Origin: Candidatus Levyibacteriota bacterium
GTDB lineage: Bacteria > Patescibacteriota > Microgenomatia > Levybacterales > UBA12049
Length of the DNA: 58,345 bases
Assembly: GCA_016180725.1 (NCBI GenBank)
Contig: JACPAR010000014.1
Coordinates: 1 to 58,345, forward strand
Direction of reading: 5' to 3'
In this document: positions 10,766 through 19,096 of the stretch, in pieces
Position numbering within the stretch: the first letter of the stretch is position 1
Layout: the number at the start of each line of letters is the position of its first letter
The notes under the pieces: generated by a model
The model's database searches: none
What the model was told of the DNA's origin: nothing
Seen by the model: the letters and a program-made list of their open reading frames with translations, nothing else
Program-made: the position numbers and the translations under genes

Positions 10766-11518
10766 TTATATCTTATCAGATAATCTAAGAAAAAGGTTTT
10801 CGAGAATAAGGCGGGGGGAGACATTGGTAGTGGAAATAATAGTGTGAGTTTTTTGGAAAGATGTTAACAAGTTAAGATATTTAGCTTCCGACCCCTGGGG
10901 CTTCGGCCGTGAGTCCTCGACTCTGAGACTCGGACTCGAAGAGCTCAGCCGAATCGGTTGCCGCACGGAAATATTTTCAATAATCCAATTCCTTAGTACC
11001 AGAATCATCTTCTTAAGCCAAAGAAGTGCTTCTTCTTTATTGCCAGATAAATCTTGAGCGAGTTTTAATTTTTCTCCTATTCCGGCTGACATCAATGTTT
11101 CTAAAACTTTTTGGTATTCATCAAGTTCTTTTTTTGAATATTCACTTTGTTTGTCATTCAATTCAATAATTCTACATCTGGATATTACAGTCGGTAATAA
11201 AGAATCAACATTTGATGTAATTAAAATAATAATGGCGGCTGGAGGGGGTTCTTCAAGTATTTTCAAAAGCGCGTTTTGTGCTTCAATCGTAAGAGTTTCT
11301 GCGTTTTTAATCACAATCGCTTTTAATTTATCTTTTATCGGTGTTAAGTATAAGTTTTTCTGAATTATTCTAATACTTTCTATGCCAACACTCTTTTCCT
11401 GTTCAACTACATTAATATCAAATGGGCTTATATTTTTTTCTTTGTAGAAGTTTGATAAATATTCCTCGGCTAGTTTTTTATTTTTTACCGTAATAATAAA
11501 ACTTTGCATCCTTGACAT
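10766..11518 (-). CDS. holB: DNA polymerase III delta-prime subunit (AAA+ clamp-loader subunit) carrying an in-frame GC-rich insert
   Basis: 250 aa, with QNALLKILEEPP, then SRCR (sensor motif). The C-terminal domain is interrupted by the low-complexity stretch VRQPIRLSSSSPSLRVEDSRPKPQGSEA. Confidence 0.8.
   Translation of the reverse strand: MSRMQSFIITVKNKKLAEEYLSNFYKEKNISPFDINVVEQEKSVGIESIRIIQKNLYLTPIKDKLKAIVIKNAETLTIEAQNALLKILEEPPPAAIIILITSNVDSLLPTVISRCRIIELNDKQSEYSKKELDEYQKVLETLMSAGIGEKLKLAQDLSGNKEEALLWLKKMILVLRNWIIENISVRQPIRLSSSSPSLRVEDSRPKPQGSEAKYLNLLTSFQKTHTIISTTNVSPRLILENLFLRLSDKI
10884..10968. repeat. GC-rich (about 66% GC), partly palindromic element of about 85 bp, embedded in frame in holB
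   Basis: I counted 56 G+C in 85 bp, against a 30-40% background. It contains a cUUCGg-type motif (gcttcggc), ttcggc/gccgaa arms and three GACTC direct repeats. The segment ccgaatcggttgccgc resembles ccgattggattgccgc in the 3618-3702 element. Confidence 0.6.
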
Positions 11519-11548
11519 TATAGCTTATTTTTACTTACTATTAAACTA

Positions 11549-13342
11549 ATGCCCGATTTACAAAATGGTTCTAATCAAGTACAAAATTCGCCTCAACAGC
11601 CAAGCTTAAATGGGGTTGTTCAAGATCAATCAATTTCAACACAACCCCAAACTATAGTTGATATGCTTTTTTCAGATCACCTCGTTACTCCAGAGCAGTA
11701 CGAGGAAATAAAGGTTAAAAGTGCTTCGGAGAATAAGTCACCGGAAACTATTCTACGGGAAATGAATATTGTTTCGGGCGATAAGATTATTCAGGCAAAA
11801 GCTAAGATTCTCGGCGTGCAATTTATTTCTTTAGATACTACCTCTTTTTCTCCTCAAGCCATGAGCTTTATTCCAAGAGCAGTGGCTGAACGTTTTAATC
11901 TTATACCGTTTTTATATGACGAAAAAACAAAAACTCTTTCAATTGCCATGAGTAATCCGGCCGATTTAGACGCGCTTTCTTTTGTTAGGCAAAAAACAGG
12001 GCTTTTGGTCAAACAATTTGCTGCTTCTTTAGCGGATGTAAAAAAAGCAATCGTACAACAATATCGCCAAGAACTTGTAAGCGAAGTTGGACTCGCTCTT
12101 AAGGAAACAGAAGAACAAGACAAGGCAAAAACAATAGACAGTTCTCAAATATCACAAATAATTAAAGATGCGCCTATTGCAAAAATAGTATCTACTATTT
12201 TAGAGTATGCGGTAAATAGCAGGGCTTCGGATGTGCATATTGAGCCTCAGGAAGATAGAGTTAGAGTTCGTTATAGAATAGATGGTATTTTGTATGATCG
12301 GTTGAGCCTGCCGGTAAGTGTACGCGAATCAGTTACTTCACGCATTAAAATCTTATCCAGCATGAAGATAGATGAGCATCGTACTCCTCAAGACGGCAGG
12401 TTTAATTTTAAAGTTGGCGAAAGCGAGGTAGATCTTCGTATCTCTGTTTTGCCAACGGTGTTTGGTGAAAAAATAGTTATGAGACTTCTTAGAAAATCAG
12501 GCGGTATACCAACTCTAACAGATCTTGGGCTAGGTGGTACTGCTTTAAAAAATTTGGAAACAGCAATACTACGTCCGCACGGTATTATTATTGTTTGCGG
12601 GCCAACAGGAAGTGGTAAAACAACTACGCTTTATGCTCTTTTATCCAGACTTAATACAACACGTGTAAATATTTCATCACTTGAAGATCCGGTTGAGTAC
12701 CAAATATCAGGAGTAAATCAGGTGCAAATAAATCCTGGCGTTGGTCTTACTTTTGCTACAGGGCTGCGTGCGTTTTTAAGACAAGATCCTAATATAATTC
12801 TGGTAGGTGAAATTAGAGACAACGAAACTACCGATTTAGCTCTTCAGGCATCTCTTACGGGACATTTGGTTTTTTCAACGTTGCATACTTCAAACGCTGC
12901 CGGCGTACTGCCAAGACTTATAGATTTGGGAGCAGAACCTTTTCTTCTAGCTTCCACTATGAATGCGATGGTTGGGCAAAGAATCGTTAGAAAAATTTGT
13001 CAGCAGTGTAAAGAAGCATATACCCCGCCTCCTCAAATCGTTGAGGAAATAAAAGCTATTTTAGGCAAGCTTTTTCCGAAAGAAAATGCGGAAATAAAAT
13101 TATACAAAGGAAAAGGATGCATCGAGTGTGGAAACTCAGGTTATATTGGCAGGATGGGAATATTTGAGGTATTAACTGTTTCTGAAAAAATTGCGCAGCT
13201 TATTTTAGAGCATCCGGATAGTGCTACAATTGAAAAGCAGGCAGTACTTGAAGGAATGATTACCATGAAACAGGATGGTTATCTTAAGGTATTGCAAGGC
13301 GTTACAAGTATAGAGGAAGTATTAAGAGTAGCACAGGAATAA
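11549..13342 (+). CDS. pilB: Type IV pilus assembly ATPase PilB (GspE family)
   Basis: 597 aa. N-terminal T2SSE_N-like domain, Walker A GPTGSGKTT, and the tetracysteine CQQC...CIECGNSGY. Confidence 0.93.
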   Translation: MPDLQNGSNQVQNSPQQPSLNGVVQDQSISTQPQTIVDMLFSDHLVTPEQYEEIKVKSASENKSPETILREMNIVSGDKIIQAKAKILGVQFISLDTTSFSPQAMSFIPRAVAERFNLIPFLYDEKTKTLSIAMSNPADLDALSFVRQKTGLLVKQFAASLADVKKAIVQQYRQELVSEVGLALKETEEQDKAKTIDSSQISQIIKDAPIAKIVSTILEYAVNSRASDVHIEPQEDRVRVRYRIDGILYDRLSLPVSVRESVTSRIKILSSMKIDEHRTPQDGRFNFKVGESEVDLRISVLPTVFGEKIVMRLLRKSGGIPTLTDLGLGGTALKNLETAILRPHGIIIVCGPTGSGKTTTLYALLSRLNTTRVNISSLEDPVEYQISGVNQVQINPGVGLTFATGLRAFLRQDPNIILVGEIRDNETTDLALQASLTGHLVFSTLHTSNAAGVLPRLIDLGAEPFLLASTMNAMVGQRIVRKICQQCKEAYTPPPQIVEEIKAILGKLFPKENAEIKLYKGKGCIECGNSGYIGRMGIFEVLTVSEKIAQLILEHPDSATIEKQAVLEGMITMKQDGYLKVLQGVTSIEEVLRVAQE

Positions 13343-13353
13343 AATAAATTTAA

Positions 13354-13455
13354 AGTTCAAAATTAAAAGTTATCCTTCGATTGTACTCAGGCCTTCGGCT
13401 CTGAAAGCATATTTCAGGCTCTTGAAGAGATAATACTGAGCGAAGTCGAAGTATT
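13354..13455. repeat. Structured intergenic repeat, copy 2 (102 bp)
   Basis: An inverted, perfect match to 4316-4434 once that copy's two internal duplications are removed. It lies between pilB and pilT and abuts the pilT N-terminal coding sequence. Confidence 0.9.
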
Positions 13456-13498
13456 TCAGGATTTATTAAGTTTAACTATCAAAAATAATGCATCGGAT

Positions 13499-14515
13499 TT
13501 GCATCTGATTACAGGTATTCCACCGTCTGTTAGGATTGATGGTTCACTTACCTATCTTTCAAATTATACCCCATTAAGCGGAGAGGATATAGAATCAATG
13601 GTTTACTCCCTTTTAACACCGGAGCAAAAAGAATTATTGCTTGCAAATAAAGAGCTTGATTTTTCTTTCGGATTTGGCCAGGGAGCTTATGGTGATACAG
13701 GAAGATTTCGTATAAATGCTTATTATCAAAGAGGATATTTGTCTGCGGCATTGCGTTTTTTGCCGCCGGTTATAAAAACTATAGATGATCTTCGTTTGCC
13801 TAAAATTTGTCATAGTTTTGCTAAATTAAGGCAAGGCTTTGTTTTGGTGGTTGGCCCTACGGGACATGGAAAATCGACTACATTGGCTGGTATTATAAAC
13901 GAAATAAATCTTACAAAGGATTGCCATATTCTAACTATCGAAGACCCAATTGAGTACATATATCCTAAAGGTAAAAGTATATTTTCTCAAAGAGAAATGG
14001 GAATAGATACTCATTCTTGGACACTTGCTTTGCGTTCGGCTTTAAGAGAAGATCCGGACGTGGTTTTAGTTGGCGAAATGAGAGACGCAGAAACAATGGC
14101 AGCGGCAATTACCATTGCAGAAACAGGTCATTTGGTTTTTTCTACCCTTCACACAAACTCGGCATCTCAAAGTGTAGATAGAATCATTGATTCTTTTCCC
14201 AGCCATCAGCAGGGGCAAATACGGTCGCAATTGGCCTTAACGTTAAAAGGGATTGTTTCTCAAAGACTTTTGCCTCAAATTAATGGCGGTAGAGTTCCTG
14301 CCGTTGAGATACTTATCGGCACATCGGCTGTAGCAAGTAATATTAGAGAGGGAAAATCTCACCTTATAGATTCGGTCATACAAACATCTCAGGAAGTTGG
14401 CATGATAACTCTTGAGTCATCTCTTGCGCAGCTGGTGCTTTCCGGATCAATTAGTCTTGAGGTAGCAAAAAGTTACGCAATTCATCAGGATGAACTCTCC
14501 AGAATGGTAGGATAA
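13499..14515 (+). CDS. pilT: Twitching-motility (retraction) ATPase PilT; the start codon is uncertain
   Basis: 338 aa from TTG 13499, with Walker A GPTGHGKST and LVGEMRD. The frame stays open upstream to 13367 and encodes ...FQDLLSLTIKNNASDLHL, a typical PilT N-terminus, but has no canonical start codon. Confidence 0.88.
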   Translation: MHLITGIPPSVRIDGSLTYLSNYTPLSGEDIESMVYSLLTPEQKELLLANKELDFSFGFGQGAYGDTGRFRINAYYQRGYLSAALRFLPPVIKTIDDLRLPKICHSFAKLRQGFVLVVGPTGHGKSTTLAGIINEINLTKDCHILTIEDPIEYIYPKGKSIFSQREMGIDTHSWTLALRSALREDPDVVLVGEMRDAETMAAAITIAETGHLVFSTLHTNSASQSVDRIIDSFPSHQQGQIRSQLALTLKGIVSQRLLPQINGGRVPAVEILIGTSAVASNIREGKSHLIDSVIQTSQEVGMITLESSLAQLVLSGSISLEVAKSYAIHQDELSRMVG

Positions 14516-14516
14516 T

Positions 14517-15722
14517 ATGAAGTTGGTCTACAGGGTAACCACAAGAGATGGAAAGATAATGAAAGGGGTCATTGAGGCAAAAGGTATAAACGAGGCAGCA
14601 GCATATCTAAGAACAAAAAACCTTTTGCCGATTAGTATTACGTTAAAAGAAAATACAGGCATTGCTAATTTTTTTAATTTCTTAAATAAATCAAATGAGG
14701 CAGATCTGGTATTTTTTACAAGACAAATTGCATCAATGCTTACATCCGGATTAACTCTAGTACAGTCTCTTTCTATCCTTAAAGACCAGGTTCAAAATCC
14801 TTTTATGGCAGAAACGGTTAGTAACATTTTAAGCGATATCGAGGAAGGAAAAACTTTTTCTTTTGCAATTACAAAATATCCAAACATATTTACCTCGATT
14901 TATGTTTCTCTTATTCAGGCAGCGGAAACATCAGGACTTTTGGATAAAGTACTTTTTCGTCTTGCAGAAAATTTGGAAAAACAGCAAAAACTTAAAAGCA
15001 CAATTAAAGGGGCGCTTCTCTACCCTGCAATTGTAATTACGGGTATGATTATTGTAATGGTTATTATGATGATATTTGTTATTCCCCAGCTCTCTGTGCT
15101 TTATGACAATCTTAATATTCCTTTGCCGTTACCTACCAAGATTGTTGTAGGAATATCAAAATTTACCATTGTATTTTGGCCGTTGGTTTTTGCTTTAATT
15201 GTTTTGTTTATATTTTTGTATAAACGTTGGTATGCAACTGAATCGGGTAAGCTTATTGTAGATGATTTAACGCTTAAAACTCCTGTGTTTGGTAAGATTA
15301 TAAGACAGTCTATTCTTACGGAATTTACCAGGACTTTAGGGCTTTTAATCGGTAGTGGTACTTTAATCGTCGAGTCGCTAAAAGAAACTTCAAGCTCTGC
15401 CGGTAACATATTGTATCGAAGTGCAATAGAAGGAGTTAGTAGGAGGGTTGAAAAAGGCGTTGGAATTGCGGATGCAATGTCTGTGTCCCCCCTTTTCCCC
15501 CCTATCGTGGTTCAGATGGTAAAAATAGGAGAACAAACCGGAAAGGTTGATGAATCGCTTACAAAACTCTCCGAATATTTTGAGCGGGAGGTAGATCAAT
15601 CTGTAAAAACGTTAACAACAGCAATGGAGCCATTTATCATGGTTATTCTTGGAATTGGAGTTGCATTTTTAATTATTTCGATTATTACTCCAATATATAA
15701 TCTTACGACTGCAATCAAATAA
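14517..15722 (+). CDS. pilC: Type IV pilus platform protein PilC (GspF family)
   Basis: 401 aa. Two GspF repeats and three TM segments; FTRQIASMLTSGL.. and FTRTLGLLIGSG.. motifs. Confidence 0.92.
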   Translation: MKLVYRVTTRDGKIMKGVIEAKGINEAAAYLRTKNLLPISITLKENTGIANFFNFLNKSNEADLVFFTRQIASMLTSGLTLVQSLSILKDQVQNPFMAETVSNILSDIEEGKTFSFAITKYPNIFTSIYVSLIQAAETSGLLDKVLFRLAENLEKQQKLKSTIKGALLYPAIVITGMIIVMVIMMIFVIPQLSVLYDNLNIPLPLPTKIVVGISKFTIVFWPLVFALIVLFIFLYKRWYATESGKLIVDDLTLKTPVFGKIIRQSILTEFTRTLGLLIGSGTLIVESLKETSSSAGNILYRSAIEGVSRRVEKGVGIADAMSVSPLFPPIVVQMVKIGEQTGKVDESLTKLSEYFEREVDQSVKTLTTAMEPFIMVILGIGVAFLIISIITPIYNLTTAIK

Positions 15723-15767
15723 ATGTTGACATTACCTTAAGTCTTATTTTAGACTTAGTCTATAGCA

Positions 15768-16550
15768 ATGCAAAATTTTAGCTTGGTTTCCAGTAGATCA
15801 CAAAAAATTTTAGAAGGACTAATTCTTGCTTTATTAACTCTTGTTGTTTACCTATTTACGATAAATCCCCTAACAAAACCTTATGCAATATATGCTTTAG
15901 TTTTGTGTCTTGCCCTTTTAGGAATTATTAATTTTGTATTTATTAAATTTGTTAAAAAACCCGCAGACAAGTTAGTTGAAAAAAATACATTCAGAATACT
16001 TATTTTTACAATAACAACGGCTGTTTTACTGTGGGTTGGTAGTACGGGGTGGTTTTTGTCGCCGTTTTTTTATCTACTTTATCTTCTTGCAATATCGCTT
16101 GGATTTCTTTTTAGTACATCGGTTTCCTTTTCTTTTATTTTGGTCCTTATTGGAGTATTGCTTCCCAATATCGGCTCAATCAGTTCGGGACTCGATCTTG
16201 TTTCGTTATTATCTTTACTCCTTATGGTTCCCCTATCCTACTTTTTGCGAAGAGAGTATTTGCGCAGAATAGAGAGAGAAAAAAAGATTTTAATTTTACA
16301 AGAAGAACATAAAACATTCGAAAATAAAGTTGAAGAAATTTTGTCAAATAAAGTCAGTAAAATTGCAACAGACTTGCGTGAGCCTCTTAATGATATTAAA
16401 CAACTCGCGATTTACATTCAAAAAACGGCGACAAAAAATGAAAAAGAAAAGATAAAAAGAGTTATTAATTCAAGTGAAAAAGCGCTGCAAAAACTAAAGG
16501 ACTTTGAAGAAGAGACAACAGGGAAAATACTTGTTGAAACGAAGCAATAG
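15768..16550 (+). CDS. Polytopic membrane protein with a C-terminal DHp-like (HisKA-like) coiled coil that lacks the phospho-accepting His
   Basis: 260 aa with about 5-6 TM helices. After these, KVSKIATDLREPLNDIKQL aligns with the HisKA box SHELRTPL, with Asp in place of His. There is no ATPase domain. Confidence 0.5.
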   Translation: MQNFSLVSSRSQKILEGLILALLTLVVYLFTINPLTKPYAIYALVLCLALLGIINFVFIKFVKKPADKLVEKNTFRILIFTITTAVLLWVGSTGWFLSPFFYLLYLLAISLGFLFSTSVSFSFILVLIGVLLPNIGSISSGLDLVSLLSLLLMVPLSYFLRREYLRRIEREKKILILQEEHKTFENKVEEILSNKVSKIATDLREPLNDIKQLAIYIQKTATKNEKEKIKRVINSSEKALQKLKDFEEETTGKILVETKQ

Positions 16551-16553
16551 ATC

Positions 16554-16928
16554 TTACTGTTGTAAAGTTTTTTTTACATCTTCGAGTAACTGATCTGGCG
16601 TAATATCCGTTTTTATTATATACGAAGTTGCTCCTTTATCTATCGCCTCTTTTACAATGGAGTCATGAGCAAGATTTGTAAGAAGTAAAATCGGACCGTT
16701 TTTTGTTGCCGGCGGGTTTTGGCTTAGTGACGTTAATACTCCCAATCCGTCCAGCCTTGGCATAACAACATCTAAAAGAGTAAGATCATATCCGCCTTGT
16801 TGTAGTTTTGTTAAGCCGTCAACGCCATCTTCTGCAGTTTCTACGGCGTAACCTGCATCTTTAAGAACTTCTTCATACAGTTCCCGAAGATATTGGTCAT
16901 CATCAACAATTAAAACCCTCTGCGCCAT
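16554..16928 (-). CDS. Single-domain response regulator (CheY-like receiver)
   Basis: 124 aa, with VLIVDDD, the phospho-acceptor context LLDVVMP, and a conserved T/K region. No output domain. Confidence 0.9.
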   Translation of the reverse strand: MAQRVLIVDDDQYLRELYEEVLKDAGYAVETAEDGVDGLTKLQQGGYDLTLLDVVMPRLDGLGVLTSLSQNPPATKNGPILLLTNLAHDSIVKEAIDKGATSYIIKTDITPDQLLEDVKKTLQQ

Positions 16929-16988
16929 AAAAAAACAGTAACATAGGATAATATTAAAGTCAAGGATTTTATAATATATGATAAAATG

Positions 16989-17002
16989 ATGACTTAAGTC
17001 AT
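16989..17002. promoter_or_regulatory. 14-bp perfect palindrome ATGACTTAAGTCAT in a divergent promoter region; candidate operator
   Basis: Self-complementary over 14 bp. It lies between the response-regulator start (16928) and the predicted -35 at 17021. The core CTTAAGTC recurs at 15736-15743. Confidence 0.3.
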
Positions 17003-17020
17003 GAGTATAACAGCCTATAG

Positions 17021-17049
17021 TTGAATTAAGCTCAGGAATATCATATAAT
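17021..17049 (+). promoter_or_regulatory. Sigma-70-like promoter for the acyltransferase-E1 fusion gene
   Basis: TTGAAT (17021-17026), a 17-nt spacer, then TATAAT (17044-17049), 40 nt upstream of the ATG at 17089. Confidence 0.5.
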
Positions 17050-17088
17050 CAATTATTAAATTTTAAGTACTTAAAATTTAGTCTTTTT

Positions 17089-19014
17089 ATGACAAGTAAT
17101 ACTGAATTAAGTTTATTACAGGAATCTGCTATAAATGCTGATCAGGTAATTAGAAATACGAGAGTTTTGGCGGCAACAACGCCTGAATTGCAGCAGCAGG
17201 CAAATAGACTTGTGGCACAAGGTTATCGTAACCTTGCTAATCCCCCACTAGATTTAAATGAAGTATGCAAAGATCTTGTTCTTGATGGTTACAATAGCGA
17301 AGGCCGTTCTGCAACAATAATTACTTTAACAAAAAATCCCTGTACCGGTGAGGAATCGATTTCTGGAACAGTTAGGGTTGTCTTTGGAGCAGAGCAAAGA
17401 AATCCAGGTGATCCTGAGCCAATTGATGCAATGCATTTATTATCAACTCTAAACTGGCCTCATGAAGAACAAGGCTTAAGCGTAGCTCAAATTGCGGAGT
17501 TAGGTAGATTTGCAATTCCTTCTGAATTTAGGATTGATGCTATGTTAAAAAATGGTGTGGATACCGCAATTACCCGAATGCTTTTTGATGAGGCAGTTCG
17601 TGTTGCAAGAGCTCGAGGGATTGAAATGCTTTATGCAATAATGCCAGGCTACGTTAAAAGAATTACGCAGCGAGCCGATATTAATTCCGTTGAAATTGGT
17701 GGTGTTACCCTTAGAGATACCCCTTCTGCTAATGAAATCTTTAACAGATATAACGTTTACTGGCATAGAGGAGGTCCTAAACTTTATTTATTTTCTGATT
17801 TTCCTTTAAGAAATGGCCAAATAAAGGGAGACGACGCAACATCATTTCTTGCAACGCATGTGGAAACACCTGGAAGACAGATTAAAGAAAATACTATTCC
17901 ACATGTAAATCTTTTTCCAATTGCGGAAGCAGAAGCAAGAAAAGTATTTATGGAAGCATTAATTTCTCTTCCTAAGGCTGAAAGCCTTGCGGAATGGAGT
18001 TCTAGCGATCCTGAGGCAATATATAATGAAGCAAAAGTAAGGGGAATAGTTGTTGATAATCTTGATGTTCAATTAAGAGATGCTGTTAAAACTGGAGTTT
18101 TATCTCAAGAAGAAGCTAAAACGCATTATGGTACATTTGTTGAGTATCCTTGGAAAGTTAAAGGGAGGTTTGTAAGAGTTTTAAATCATGAACAATTTTA
18201 TCAATTAGCGTTTTCTCGCAATAGACATGTAATTTCTGAGCAAGGTCAGGAAAGATTAAAAAATGCACGCATTGGAATAATCGGTCTTGGTGTTGGTAGT
18301 GCTTGTGGATATCTCCTTGTGCTTTCTGGTGCAGAGCATATTAAAATATGCGAAGGTGGATTGCAGCAAGTGCACCGTCATAATCGGGCAATAGGCTCTG
18401 ATACTTCCAAAGTTGGTATGAATCAGGGAAAACTTTGGGCAGAATTAGCTTTAAAAGTAAATCCATATATAGAAATTTCTGGTAATACTCAAAATTTGGG
18501 TAACGGTGAAGACGAGGCAAGTATAGAGGAATTTCTTAGTGGACTCGATATGGTTATTGAGGCGGTTGACTCATTGCCTGCGAAACTTCAAGTACGATTG
18601 GAAGCAAGAAGAAAAGATTTAATGGCGCAAAATGACCGTTTTATTCCCTTAGTAACAATGCCTTCTGATTTAGGTTTTGCTGGTTTATATCAAGGTGAAG
18701 ACTCTGGTTCGCCAGTTTTTCAAGGAAGAATGCCAGATGATTTAATTAAATTATTGCAAAGCGGACAACAAGAATTTGACCTTACAACAAAAACTGCGAT
18801 TGCTGCTTCTGTTATAGGAGTAAAAAATATTCCTCCTAGTTATTTACAGGCTTTACAAGAAGGAAACGCTGCTGGAACTCCGTTTTGGCCACAACCTGGA
18901 GTAGCTGCATTTCTTTCTGCATCAATGCTTACAGCAGCTGTTATTAGACGTCTTGAAGGAAAAGCCGTTAAAGACGAGATGATGATAGACTTAGATCGGT
19001 TATTAACACCATAG
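17089..19014 (+). CDS. Fusion protein: an N-terminal FeeM/LuxI-like N-acyltransferase (GNAT-clan) domain plus a C-terminal ThiF/MoeB/E1-like adenylyltransferase domain
   Basis: 641 aa. Residues about 40-240 (GTVRVVFG..., AELGRFAIPSEFR, MLYAIMPGYVKRITQRADINSVEIGG) look like N-acyl amino acid / autoinducer synthases. Residues about 375-480 (FSRNRHVISEQGQERLKNARIGIIGLGVGSACGYLLVLSGAEHIKI...HNRA...KVNPYIEI) carry the ThiF Rossmann signature. Confidence 0.65.
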   Translation: MTSNTELSLLQESAINADQVIRNTRVLAATTPELQQQANRLVAQGYRNLANPPLDLNEVCKDLVLDGYNSEGRSATIITLTKNPCTGEESISGTVRVVFGAEQRNPGDPEPIDAMHLLSTLNWPHEEQGLSVAQIAELGRFAIPSEFRIDAMLKNGVDTAITRMLFDEAVRVARARGIEMLYAIMPGYVKRITQRADINSVEIGGVTLRDTPSANEIFNRYNVYWHRGGPKLYLFSDFPLRNGQIKGDDATSFLATHVETPGRQIKENTIPHVNLFPIAEAEARKVFMEALISLPKAESLAEWSSSDPEAIYNEAKVRGIVVDNLDVQLRDAVKTGVLSQEEAKTHYGTFVEYPWKVKGRFVRVLNHEQFYQLAFSRNRHVISEQGQERLKNARIGIIGLGVGSACGYLLVLSGAEHIKICEGGLQQVHRHNRAIGSDTSKVGMNQGKLWAELALKVNPYIEISGNTQNLGNGEDEASIEEFLSGLDMVIEAVDSLPAKLQVRLEARRKDLMAQNDRFIPLVTMPSDLGFAGLYQGEDSGSPVFQGRMPDDLIKLLQSGQQEFDLTTKTAIAASVIGVKNIPPSYLQALQEGNAAGTPFWPQPGVAAFLSASMLTAAVIRRLEGKAVKDEMMIDLDRLLTP

Positions 19015-19096
19015 TTTTTATCTTATTTATTATAAATCTGCGCTTAGTAAGTTATCTCTTGAAAATAAATTCTAAAGTAAGTAGGCTATAGATAGT

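Noticed and set aside
17001-17024. A 7-codon mini-ORF (MSITAYS) just upstream of the E1-like fusion gene, considered as a possible MccA-like heptapeptide substrate for a MccB-like E1 enzyme.
   Set aside because: It ends in Ser rather than the Asn that MccB-type chemistry requires. It has no Shine-Dalgarno sequence. It overlaps the predicted -35 box and the palindrome. ORFs this short arise by chance in AT-rich spacers.
17089-19014. Horizontal acquisition of the acyltransferase-E1 gene, judged from its apparently higher GC content.
   Set aside because: A hand count gives about 40% GC in a 100-nt sample, against about 39% in gyrA and about 30% in the membrane-rich kinase gene. That is within the normal range for soluble-protein genes here.
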